Of a stretch of 26,038 nucleotides of DNA, positions 1 to 8,084 are shown one piece after another. The DNA comes from Desulfobacterales bacterium. GTDB lineage: Bacteria; Desulfobacterota; Desulfobacteria; Desulfobacterales; JAZFSW01. A model generated the notes under the pieces. It saw nothing but the letters and a program-made list of their open reading frames with translations, made no database searches and was not told the origin of the DNA. Each line of letters starts with the position of its first letter. Positions within the stretch are counted from its first letter, which is position 1. A program made the translations under genes and the position numbers. The stretch is from positions 1 through 26,038 of the forward strand of contig JAZFSW010000565.1 of the NCBI GenBank assembly GCA_036446375.1, in the 5' to 3' direction.

Positions 1-190
1 CTGTTTCCTCCGGGAGTTGTATGAGGTATACAGCGGGGATTGAGAGAGAACGTGGCGTTGGCAGGCATGACTCCCCGTAGTCACAGCTTGGCATGACTGC
101 GGAGAGCTTCAGTTGGATGGAAACTAGTCTAATCTGCTGGCGCGCTTCGCCTGCTGTCCGGTGAGAGTGTCCGGTGGCAGCCCGGGAGGC

Positions 191-1000
191 TTATTTGTTT
201 TTCCAGATGGGCGGTCTCTTCTCAAGGAAGGAACTGACACCTTCCTTTGCGTCCTCCGACATACTGGCCTCATTGAAGCGCTTGGCGTTCTCTGCCTGGT
301 GGGCGCCGATCGACCAGTCGAAAGAACCGTACGCCATTTCCTTGATCTTCTTGAGTGCCAGCGGTGCTCCCCGCGTCAGCCTGGCGGCCAATTCCTTTGC
401 TGCTGTCATCAGCTCCTCCGGAGGAACAACGGCGCTCACCAGGCCGATCTCCATTGCCTTTTGGGCATCGATGATCTCCCCTGTGTAGAGCAGTTCCATT
501 GCGTTGCTCATTCCGACGATCTGGGGGAGCATGTATGGCCCGGCGCCGGTATCGGGGCACAATCCCCTCAGTGGGAAAACCCAGCCGAATCGGGCCTTCT
601 CCGAGGCAATACGGAAATCGCACTGAACCGTCCATTCGGCACCGATGCCCACGGTAGCGCCGTTGACAGCGGCAATGGTGGGTTTGGGGATATGGGTGAA
701 TTGCCACCTGGGCAAACTGGTCGGGGGCAGATCGAATTGCTTGGGTTGCCTCTGCTGTGTCGAACGTTCTGCTGTCTGGTCACGGGCGACGCCAACGTTA
801 ACGTCGGTTCCGGCGCAGAAGGTACGGCCATTTCCGGTGACGATGATGGCTCGGACCTCGTCATCCACTGTAGCTTCATTCAGGATATCGCCCATCAGCA
901 CCAGCATGTCGTCCGTGACCGCGTTCAGCTTGTCCGGTCGATTGAGAGTGATGATAGCAACGCCGTCTTCCTTGTCGTATAAGATTTCTTGTTCGCCCAT
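191..1000 (-). CDS. Enoyl-CoA hydratase/isomerase (crotonase superfamily) protein, 269 aa
   Basis: Crotonase motifs: ITLNRPDKLNA, FCAGTDV, KPTIAAVNGATVGIG, CDFRIASEKARFG, and C-terminal DAKEGVSSFLEKRPP. Start moved from 1021 to ATG 1000, which follows an AAGGAG RBS. Confidence 0.92.
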   Translation of the reverse strand: MGEQEILYDKEDGVAIITLNRPDKLNAVTDDMLVLMGDILNEATVDDEVRAIIVTGNGRTFCAGTDVNVGVARDQTAERSTQQRQPKQFDLPPTSLPRWQFTHIPKPTIAAVNGATVGIGAEWTVQCDFRIASEKARFGWVFPLRGLCPDTGAGPYMLPQIVGMSNAMELLYTGEIIDAQKAMEIGLVSAVVPPEELMTAAKELAARLTRGAPLALKKIKEMAYGSFDWSIGAHQAENAKRFNEASMSEDAKEGVSSFLEKRPPIWKNK

Positions 1001-1135
1001 GTCGTGTTCGCTCCTTGTCATTTTTCAGTGTGCTCAAATCACCTCTTTCGGTCATACCATATACCTATAGGCTGAGTCTGTGTGACTATAGCCAGACCTG
1101 CAGTTCCCCTAAATTATCCAGCATTTCCCTCGACT

Positions 1136-1163
1136 CCTTGAACCCTTGGCCCCTTGAACCCTG
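1136..1163. repeat. Short degenerate 8-mer tandem repeat (CCTTGAAC/CCTTGGCC)
   Basis: Units are ccttgaac, ccttggcc, ccttgaac, then cctg. It resembles the reverse complement of the ggttcaggg-type repeats at about 21270-21306. Confidence 0.6.
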
Positions 1164-1375
1164 CAGAATCATGTATACTCGAATGAAGATGACCCGCGGA
1201 TCTTACCTAATTCAACCCGAACAAAGCAGGAGATGATCTGAGACAGTTATCATATACGAGAGATCATTCATATACAAAAGGGCTTCAATCGTAACCGGTT
1301 TTGGTGGAACGGTCATCAGCTGACAGTTCTTTTTTTCAGACAGAGCTTAAGTTATATTTTGGTATAAATATATAC

Positions 1376-1404
1376 TTTACAATAAAAATAAATGCTGGTA
1401 TGTT
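1376..1404 (+). promoter_or_regulatory. Candidate sigma70 promoter with extended -10
   Basis: TTTACA (1376-1381), a 17 bp spacer, then TATGTT (1399-1404) preceded by TGG. It lies in an AT-rich tract upstream of the AGGAGG RBS at 1425-1430. Confidence 0.5.
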
Positions 1405-1437
1405 TTTTCCGAAATCATCCAGATAGGAGGTCCCTAA

Positions 1438-1673
1438 ATATCCTCATTTCAACTGCACGCAAAGATTGCCATATAATCGGTGCCAGCCGCAGTGGCGGTA
1501 CCGGTAGGAATACCGCTGTGGCGTGTGCCAAAGCCAGCGCCGGGGCTACTGCATGCCCCGATCCCAGAGACCTTGGCTTTCCGGCCATATTCCCCGGCTG
1601 ATCGGCATCTGATCACATCACCGGCGTGACCATTCCGGTCGAAGGACCCGTCACCACGGGCCGTATGCAGTAA
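1438..1673 (+). pseudogene. Degraded short-chain dehydrogenase/reductase (SDR) relic with large internal deletion
   Basis: After the RBS AGGAGG comes ATA (a probable former ATG). It reads SSFQLHAKIAI, then a frameshift, then IGASRSGGTGRNTAVACAKASA (Rossmann glycine-rich start). This joins directly to PDPRDLGFPAIFPG*SASDHITGVTIPVEGPVTTGRMQ*, an SDR C-terminal motif of the ASDYITGxTIPVDGG type. Confidence 0.72.
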
Positions 1674-1726
1674 TGAAGGAATATCAGAAATGATCTCATC
1701 ACAAATGCAAAAAGGAGGAAGTCAAA

Positions 1727-2215
1727 ATGTCAGTAGCTGAATTGATCACACGCCCGAAAGATGTGCCTTGGCTCAAAGATTGTGAAATCTGTAATACCGG
1801 CCTCTGCAACAGAATGGACGATTTGGTGAAAGATGGAGCCAGGAGCGTACGGGAGGCCTCCAGGATGATGTCAGAAGAATCTGGAAATGTCTGGAATGAC
1901 AACGAAATCCGACACCGATACCGATACTATAAAGGAACGAAAGTCAAGGCTGGGCGGAAACCGCCCACCCCGACCAAAGGCATCGTTTCACCACACTTTC
2001 AGGCCGCTTTTGACAAGCTGCTTTCAGAGATTCACCAAGCCAAATCGGATGGCTGGAAAAGTACTTCGAAATCATCAGCATTGAAACGAATCAGTGCACT
2101 CCGTAAGGCGGCTACATCAAAAACAGTCACAGAAGAAAACGGTCTTGAAGCTTATATAGAATACCTTCAAGGCAGCTATCGAAAGAAAGCTCAGCCGCAA
2201 CATGGATACATATGA
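1727..2215 (+). CDS. Hypothetical basic protein, 162 aa, with N-terminal CxxC-x4-C and a possible helix-turn-helix
   Basis: Strong RBS (AAAGGAGG) 8 nt before the ATG and a 162-codon ORF. Motif CEICNTGLC is followed by an amphipathic segment (SVREASRMMSEE...NEIRHRYRYY). No family recognised. Confidence 0.7.
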   Translation: MSVAELITRPKDVPWLKDCEICNTGLCNRMDDLVKDGARSVREASRMMSEESGNVWNDNEIRHRYRYYKGTKVKAGRKPPTPTKGIVSPHFQAAFDKLLSEIHQAKSDGWKSTSKSSALKRISALRKAATSKTVTEENGLEAYIEYLQGSYRKKAQPQHGYI

Positions 2216-2270
2216 GCGCCGCCTCTGGCTAAATCCCGCAAGGCTGGACCAGTCTGATCGAGAAAGAAAC
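2209..2270 (-). repeat. Dispersed intergenic repeat, family A, copy 1
   Basis: The reverse complement reads gtttctttctcgatcagactgg...gccagaggcggcgctcatatg. It matches 21188-21260 with 1 mismatch over the 22 nt arm and a near-identical gccagaggcgg(c/t)gctc(a/g)tatg arm. Confidence 0.8.
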
Positions 2271-2279
2271 TATGATCTT

Positions 2280-2377
2280 TCACCGCAGAGTCGCAGAGCA
2301 CGCAGAGAAAAGAAATATTATTCAATATTGGTTAGTTGCCTCTGCGTCCTCTGCGCCTCGAGCGTAGCGGGCGGTGA
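2280..2377. repeat. REP/MITE-like imperfect inverted repeat built of GCAGAG-containing 9-mers
   Basis: The left arm tcaccgcagagtcgcagagcacgcagag pairs with the right arm ctctgcgtcctctgcgcctc...gcggtga around an AT-rich spacer. Confidence 0.75.
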
Positions 2378-2528
2378 GAACGAGCATGTAGTTTCATACG
2401 AGGACACCATGGCACTATTCTCGCAGAGACACCTGATAGTATGTTGACAAATCCTCCAGTAGTGAATTACATTCGCACTCCTATCCATAGTAACTTCGAC
2501 ATAGAACCAATTGGGCCAAGTATTGGTG

Positions 2529-2573
2529 ACCAATAGAACCAATGCAACCAATAAGACCAATCTGGCCAATCTG
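2529..2573. repeat. Five-unit degenerate 9-mer tandem repeat (ACCAATNNN)
   Basis: Units are ACCAATAGA, ACCAATGCA, ACCAATAAG, ACCAATCTG, GCCAATCTG. Confidence 0.8.
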
Positions 2574-2617
2574 ATCAGCCCATGCAAACACGGAAACAAA
2601 AGGAGGAAAGAGAGACT

Positions 2618-3496
2618 ATGGAATTGCCATCTAAAGATACAATGCTCAAGCTGTATCGGGATCTGCTTACCGCGAGGCGGGCAGAGGCCGAACTTCATTC
2701 ACGAGGAGGGATATCGGGTCATCGGATGGTTGGAGAGGAGGCGATTTCGATTGCCATCTGCAATAACCTGACGGAAACGGATTGTTTCCATCCCAGTTTC
2801 AGGACCCAGCCCTGCATCGTTTTCAAGCCCGGTTTTGTATTGGCCGATTGGCTTGCGCCAGGGACGAAGGGCAGTACAAAGAACATCTGGTTGGCTCCTG
2901 AAGGCGGCGTATTGGCTACCAGCGGTACGTTGGGGGAGGCCAGCCTGAAGTTTGTGGGCGCTGCCGTGGCGGCCTCTATCCTGAAGACGGGCGATGTAAC
3001 CGTCTTTTCCCAGGGAGATGGCGCCTCAAACCGGGCTCCCACCCATGAAGCCATGGCGGTGGCATCGGCCTGGAAGTTACCGATTGTCTTCGTCATCCAC
3101 AACAACAAATACGGTATGGGTACCTCCGTGGAGACTTCGTATGGCATCGAAGACCTGTCACTCAGGGGAGTGGGCTATGGTTTCCCTTCCGAGAGAGTGG
3201 ACGGCAACGATATGCTAGACATGTACCTGGTTGCCAAGAAGCACATCGATAGAGTTCGTGCAGGCGGCGGGCCCAGCCTCATCGCAGCCGACACCTACCG
3301 TGTGATGCCCCATTACGGCGGGGACCTGGATACCGTGGATAAATACCGGCCAGAGGGTGAAGCCAAAGAATGGATGCAGTACGATCCCTTACCGCGGTAC
3401 CAGAAACAGCTTCTGGATCTGGGTGTCTTGACCGAAGGGGACATTGATCAACTGGAAGAGGAAATACATGCCGAGATTCTGACGATTCTGGACTAG
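2618..3496 (+). CDS. ThDP-dependent dehydrogenase E1 alpha subunit (pyruvate/acetoin/2-oxoacid dehydrogenase family), divergent, 292 aa
   Basis: ThDP motif GDG-x26-NN (GDGASN...IHNNKYG), plus RVDGNDM and TYRVMPH. RBS AGGAGG precedes ATG 2618. The C-terminus is about 20 aa shorter than in the paralog at 19098-20075. Confidence 0.88.
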   Translation: MELPSKDTMLKLYRDLLTARRAEAELHSRGGISGHRMVGEEAISIAICNNLTETDCFHPSFRTQPCIVFKPGFVLADWLAPGTKGSTKNIWLAPEGGVLATSGTLGEASLKFVGAAVAASILKTGDVTVFSQGDGASNRAPTHEAMAVASAWKLPIVFVIHNNKYGMGTSVETSYGIEDLSLRGVGYGFPSERVDGNDMLDMYLVAKKHIDRVRAGGGPSLIAADTYRVMPHYGGDLDTVDKYRPEGEAKEWMQYDPLPRYQKQLLDLGVLTEGDIDQLEEEIHAEILTILD

Positions 3497-3589
3497 AACG
3501 GTATGCTCAAAGAGCTATCGTGTCAATGGACACTGCATAAATATGCGATTTCCGAATCATGAAGGGCTTGATAAGGAGGATATGAAACA

Positions 3590-4594
3590 ATGGCCATGAT
3601 TAACTATGCTGAAGCACTTAACCAGGCCTTCAGAGAAGAGATGCGTCGAGATGACCGGGTGGTCATGTGGGGGGAAGACCTGATTTCACACGACGGGGTC
3701 ATGGGTCACACCGGAGGAATATTTGAGGAATTTGGCGGCGAGAGGATCAAGGAGACGCCAATCTGTGAGCAGGCAATTGCCGGTATGGCCATCGGGGCGG
3801 CTATGCGGGGGCTTAGACCGATGGGCTTCTTTATGAATGCCGGTTTCATGCTCTGCGCAATGGACGGCCTGTTTCTGAAGATGGGCTGCACCGGCGCCGG
3901 TTTGCCGATCGTGATGTGCGGCACTTCCGGTGGTCCCTGGGATGTCGACCACGGCATATCACCAGAGGCACTCTTTGTTCATGCACCCCACTTGAAGATC
4001 GTTCTGCCGTCAACCCCCTATGATGCCAAAGGGCTAATGAAGACCGCCATCAGGGAGGATGACCCGGTGATGTTCTTCGACCATTCAGCGTGCTTTAATT
4101 CCGGTTATTCGGATGGTAGTTCTTACACCCCTGCCGGGGAGGGCAGCATTATACCTGGTGGTAACCGGCAGGAAGTGCCTGACGAAGAGTATCTCATTCC
4201 GTTCGGTGAAGCCGATGTCAAGCGGGAGGGGTCTGATGTCACGCTGGTAACGTTCTCATTTACGGTGCATCATTCCTTGGCAGCAGCCAATGCACTGGGC
4301 AAAGACGGCATCAGTGTTGAAGTCGTTGACCTGCGTACCATCGAGCCGCTGGATGTCGGCACTATCGTTGCGTCCGCAAGGAAGACGGGCCGGCTGCTAA
4401 TTGTTCACGAAGCGATGGAGCGGGGTGGCATAGCCGGTGAGATTGCCTTCCGTGTACTTGAGAAGGCCCCCGAGCTGTTCGGGTCTTTGAAGACGCCTGT
4501 CAAACGCCTGGCGGCCGAGAACGTGCCGATAGGTATGACCAATACCGCCCCTACTGCGGACGGTATTATCGCTGCCGTGAAGGAGATGGTGTAG
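3590..4594 (+). CDS. ThDP-dependent dehydrogenase E1 beta subunit (transketolase central and C-terminal domains), 334 aa
   Basis: EALNQAFREEMRRD, VVMWGED, ETPICEQAIAG, PSTPYDAKGLMKTAIREDDPV, and VEVVDLRTIEPLD. RBS AAGGAGG present. Adjacent to E1 alpha. Confidence 0.92.
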   Translation: MAMINYAEALNQAFREEMRRDDRVVMWGEDLISHDGVMGHTGGIFEEFGGERIKETPICEQAIAGMAIGAAMRGLRPMGFFMNAGFMLCAMDGLFLKMGCTGAGLPIVMCGTSGGPWDVDHGISPEALFVHAPHLKIVLPSTPYDAKGLMKTAIREDDPVMFFDHSACFNSGYSDGSSYTPAGEGSIIPGGNRQEVPDEEYLIPFGEADVKREGSDVTLVTFSFTVHHSLAAANALGKDGISVEVVDLRTIEPLDVGTIVASARKTGRLLIVHEAMERGGIAGEIAFRVLEKAPELFGSLKTPVKRLAAENVPIGMTNTAPTADGIIAAVKEMV

Positions 4595-4663
4595 TTTCCA
4601 TCCGGAAACGGACTACCCTTTCAACTTTCGGGATTCATAGGGTCGCGGAAGAAATAATGTGAG

Positions 4664-5599
4664 CTACCCACCGACTTCCGTTTTCTTGCCGAAGCCGGAC
4701 AGCATTTTTGCCAGCGCCTTCTCTTCATCTTTGGTGTGTGCTACGACCTGCTCCAGCGGGTACGTCTCTCCGATCGACGGATACTTTGCCCCGCTCACCA
4801 CATTGTAGGGCAGAAGGGATATCTTCTCCACCGTATCCAAGGGTGCGACAAACGCGGCGGTCTTCTTCAGGTTCTCTTCCGAATCATTGAATCCCGGTAT
4901 CAGGGGGATCCGCACCCAGACAGGCTTGCCGCGTTGACAAATCTTCTCCAGATTCTCCAGGATCAGCTCGTTTCCGACGCCGGTAAGTTCCTTGTGGCGG
5001 GAACTGTCCATGTGCTTGATGTCATACAGGAAGAGGTCGATATAGGGCAGCATCTCCGACAGAACGGACCATTTCACCTGGCCGCAGGTGTCCAGGGCGG
5101 TATCAATTCCGGCATCCCGGCATGCCTTAAGGCACGCCAGTAGGAATTCGTGCTGCATTGTGGCTTCGCCACCACAGAAGCTCACGCCGCCCCCCGAATT
5201 CCGGTAATAGACCCGGTCCTTCTTGACGACCTCCAGCACCTGTTGGACCGTCATCCATTTCCCGGCCATATCCAGGGACGCGGAGGGACAGACCGGTACG
5301 CAATCCTCGCAGTCATCGCAGCGTTCCCATAGGACGCGCCGGTCCGAGGGGGAGACGATGTGAGCGTCCCGTGGGCACGCGCCGGTACAGGCGCCACAGC
5401 CGATGCATCGGTTGGCCTGGAAGAGGAGCTGCGGCTTTGGCGATATCGACTCAGGGCTGTGGCACCAGACACAGCGGAGCGGGCACCCCTTCATGAATAC
5501 CGTTGTCCGGATCCCCGGTCCGTCTTCGCCGACAAACCTGTCTATTGAGAGTACCAGCCCCTTTGGCGGAGAATCGCTAGGTGCCCGCATATTGTTCAC
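4664..5599 (-). CDS. Glycyl-radical enzyme activating enzyme (radical SAM with a 2x[4Fe-4S] ferredoxin insert)
   Basis: DGPGIRTTVFMKGCPLRCVWCHSPES contains the CxxxCxxC motif. The insert carries CIGCGACTGACP and CDDCEDCVPVCP, followed by GGGVSFCGGE and DLFLYDIKH. It overlaps the GRE stop codon. The start is GTG 5599 or ATG 5590. Confidence 0.95.
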   Translation of the reverse strand: MNNMRAPSDSPPKGLVLSIDRFVGEDGPGIRTTVFMKGCPLRCVWCHSPESISPKPQLLFQANRCIGCGACTGACPRDAHIVSPSDRRVLWERCDDCEDCVPVCPSASLDMAGKWMTVQQVLEVVKKDRVYYRNSGGGVSFCGGEATMQHEFLLACLKACRDAGIDTALDTCGQVKWSVLSEMLPYIDLFLYDIKHMDSSRHKELTGVGNELILENLEKICQRGKPVWVRIPLIPGFNDSEENLKKTAAFVAPLDTVEKISLLPYNVVSGAKYPSIGETYPLEQVVAHTKDEEKALAKMLSGFGKKTEVGG

Positions 5600-7997
5600 A
5601 TTTCTTGATCTGCCAGTTCTGCATTGCCGGCGGCAGATCTGTAAAATAGGACTGAAAGCCCCCGATCCGAATCTTCAGGTCCCGGTATTTTTCCGGCTCC
5701 TTCTGGGCCGCCCTTAGCTTCTCGCAATCATTGACGCTGATGGTGAGGAGTTCTCCGCGCTTTTCGACGAAGGACATGATAAAGGCTTCCATCTGCTTGA
5801 GCAGACCGGCGCGATTTTCCATGGCGATATCCAGCGGAGCACCGTTGGGTACGTCAATCAGGGGCAGTTTGCAGTACGAATTAAGCGCCGCCGTTTGACC
5901 GTTCGCTGCCCTGCCAACGGAAGGAGAAGCGTTTGAGCTGATCGGCTGGTTTCCCAGGCGGCCGTCTGGGGTGGCACCGGCGACAGCTCCGATGCCGACG
6001 TACGATTGGAATGTTCCCAGGGCAACGGGAAATTTGAGATGGTTGTGTTTCACACGGCCACCGTAGTGACGGACTTTTTCAACGCAGGTCTCGACGATGT
6101 CACGGGCAATATCGTCCGCGTAGTCGTCATCGTTGCCATAGGCCGGGGCCTTGGTCATCACCAGCTGCCGGAGGGGTTCTCTGTCCTGCCAGTTGTCTTT
6201 GACGGCATCCAGCAACTCCGGCCAGGCGATGGTGTTGTCTTCAAAACACAGCTTCTTGATGGCCGCCAGGGAATCAGCCGTGTGGGATAGCCCGGCGAAA
6301 ACGGGCGCGTGGAAATTGTGCGTGACGCCATCCAGCGTCAGGTCTTTACCGGATTCGATTGGGCCCTCCGTCAGGGCAGACAGCAGCGGAAGCGGAGCGA
6401 TTTCGTAGAGACGCTCATCGCGAAATTCATCTATGCATTCAATGAAGCGTCTGATTATCCGGTCCAGCCGGTCTTTGAACGAGGCCATGAGGTCATCAAA
6501 AGAGCCGAAGCTGTATGCGTCCGGAGGGCTGCAATCAGCGAACGGATCCCACGCCTTCATATACGGATCGCCCCATTGCGGACGAATATCCCCTTCCCAC
6601 CTTTCCGGGAAAAGTGCCCGATCCAGGATTTCGACAAGGCTGATGATACCGTATTTGAAGTTGGTTCTTCCCTGAGAATAGATCTCCCAGCAGCCGTCGC
6701 TGGTATAGTCCCGAGCATGTTCCGGGGAAAGCCCCAGCTTCTCCAGACCGGGAATAATGATCTCGTCATTGTAGAAGGAAGGGGCGGCGGAGCCGGTTCG
6801 GATGACGTCGGCTGCGCGCTGAACCAGTTCAGGGGGTGAATCGTCGTGCAGGCGGACGTATAGTTCCGGGTCCGGCAGACCGAGGCGCAGTGCCGCGTTG
6901 AGGCAGAGATACGTCACCGGATTGGTGGCATCTTTGCCATCCGGCGTTTGGCCGCCGACGGTCGTTGTGTGCAGCCATTCGTTGTAGAGTTCGCCTTTCC
7001 AGTCCATTAGCTCAGCCGTGGTGTTGCCGCCAAGGAACAGCCCCCAATTGCCAACGTGGCCGGCCCATGGGGCGGGGGCTCGTTTTGATAGTTCAGCAAC
7101 AGGTATCTTCGCCATCTCATCGGGGTCGGGAACATAGTATGAAGAATTCTCGGCCAGCTCCAGTGACTGCAGGCGCTCATTGAACTTGAGCCAGAGGAGG
7201 TCTATCAATTCCTGGGCTTGCTCAATTGTCGTTGTGGCGTTTGCCAGGTCCTCTTCGAGAAACGGCCAAAGGTACTGGTCTATCCTCCCCAGAGACAGAA
7301 GGTTCCGGGTAGCCTGGAAAGCGGCGTGGGCGAACCAGAAGGCCTGAATAGCCTCGCGAAAGGTCCTCGGTGGTTCTGTCGACAGATGTCTTGAGATTTC
7401 GGCGATCTTGAGAAGCTGATCTTTCCGGTCGGGGTTGGTTTCGGCTTCGGCGAGTTGAAGCGCCAGATCCCGGTACCGAAGAAGAAAGCTGCCAAGACCG
7501 TCGAGAGACATGATGACACTTTCGTACCAGGATTCTGTATCCGCGTTTCCACCGTCCTGCCGGGTCCCCGCCAGCCCTTCCTCAGCCAGCCGCCGCAGAC
7601 CACCGATGCCGTGCTTCAGGAAACGCTCATAGCTCGGGCAATGGTGGCCGAAAACGGCGCCGGGATGCATGAGTTTCTTCCCGGCAGCAGCGATCTCTTC
7701 CGCCGTACAGTATTCCGGGAACGGGATGCCGGTGCCCAGGGAACATTGGAAAAGGTGACCCACAATAAGCTCGTAGTCTTTGATCTTAACCGGCATTTCT
7801 GCCAACTGCTTTCCAATGGCCAGAGCCTTGCGCTTCACCAGCGGGAGTTTGACGGTTTCATCTGTGAGGACGGTCAGCCTTTCCTTCCACAGGGGTTGCT
7901 TGCTGAACCGAATAGCTTCTATGTCTTCACAGCCCTTTTGTACACGCTCTGTAAGAGGGATCGACTTGCTTACGGCTTCTTCTATTTGGCTATCCAT
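5577..7997 (-). CDS. Glycyl radical enzyme (PFL-like family), uncharacterised subtype, 806 aa
   Basis: GRE fold motifs ELIVG, PPRTFREAIQAFW, SLGRIDQYLWPF, YGNDDDYAD and GATPDGR. The Cys loop is DGCWE (Cys436, 6690-6692) and the Gly loop is IRIGGF (Gly780, 5658-5660). RBS AAGGAG present. The activase lies immediately downstream. Confidence 0.95.
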   Translation of the reverse strand: MDSQIEEAVSKSIPLTERVQKGCEDIEAIRFSKQPLWKERLTVLTDETVKLPLVKRKALAIGKQLAEMPVKIKDYELIVGHLFQCSLGTGIPFPEYCTAEEIAAAGKKLMHPGAVFGHHCPSYERFLKHGIGGLRRLAEEGLAGTRQDGGNADTESWYESVIMSLDGLGSFLLRYRDLALQLAEAETNPDRKDQLLKIAEISRHLSTEPPRTFREAIQAFWFAHAAFQATRNLLSLGRIDQYLWPFLEEDLANATTTIEQAQELIDLLWLKFNERLQSLELAENSSYYVPDPDEMAKIPVAELSKRAPAPWAGHVGNWGLFLGGNTTAELMDWKGELYNEWLHTTTVGGQTPDGKDATNPVTYLCLNAALRLGLPDPELYVRLHDDSPPELVQRAADVIRTGSAAPSFYNDEIIIPGLEKLGLSPEHARDYTSDGCWEIYSQGRTNFKYGIISLVEILDRALFPERWEGDIRPQWGDPYMKAWDPFADCSPPDAYSFGSFDDLMASFKDRLDRIIRRFIECIDEFRDERLYEIAPLPLLSALTEGPIESGKDLTLDGVTHNFHAPVFAGLSHTADSLAAIKKLCFEDNTIAWPELLDAVKDNWQDREPLRQLVMTKAPAYGNDDDYADDIARDIVETCVEKVRHYGGRVKHNHLKFPVALGTFQSYVGIGAVAGATPDGRLGNQPISSNASPSVGRAANGQTAALNSYCKLPLIDVPNGAPLDIAMENRAGLLKQMEAFIMSFVEKRGELLTISVNDCEKLRAAQKEPEKYRDLKIRIGGFQSYFTDLPPAMQNWQIKKCEQYAGT

Positions 7998-8084
7998 TAT
8001 CTTGACTCCTTTCCTGCGGGATTCCCCGCTTTCAGGGCGATAGGGCAGGAGGGAATGGGGAACGCCATTGCCGATACAGCCTTT

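Noticed and set aside
1-190. Small hairpins and a repeated GGCATGACT downstream of the enoyl-CoA hydratase
   Set aside because: The stems are short and I could not support a recognisable riboswitch, ncRNA or terminator.
161-982. 273 aa plus-strand ORF, and the many similar long ORFs opposite real genes (e.g. 7455-8279, 15540-16421, 16467-17258, 22540-23217)
   Set aside because: These are antisense shadows of well-supported minus-strand genes in GC-rich DNA. They have no family motifs or RBS support.
1446-1475. Sigma54-like TGGCA/TTGC elements
   Set aside because: The GG-to-GC spacing is off by 2 bp on both strands relative to the strict -24/-12 requirement.
2529-2573. Tandem repeats considered as a possible CRISPR array
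   Set aside because: The units are 9 bp with no spacers, and there are no cas genes in the window.
2202-2771. ORFs 2202-2447, 2318-2698 and 2511-2771
   Set aside because: They are translations of repeat elements (the TNRTNATNKTN periodicity comes from the 9-mer repeat) or they overlap the E1 alpha start.
3497-3589. Frameshifted or read-through C-terminal extension of the first E1 alpha
   Set aside because: I translated all three frames past the TAG and none resembles the usual E1 alpha tail.
5577-7997. Calling the GREs pyruvate formate-lyase (pflB), cutC or bssA
   Set aside because: There is no Cys-Cys pair, the GCVE and LCMS loops are absent, and there are no microcompartment or small BSS subunit genes in the window.
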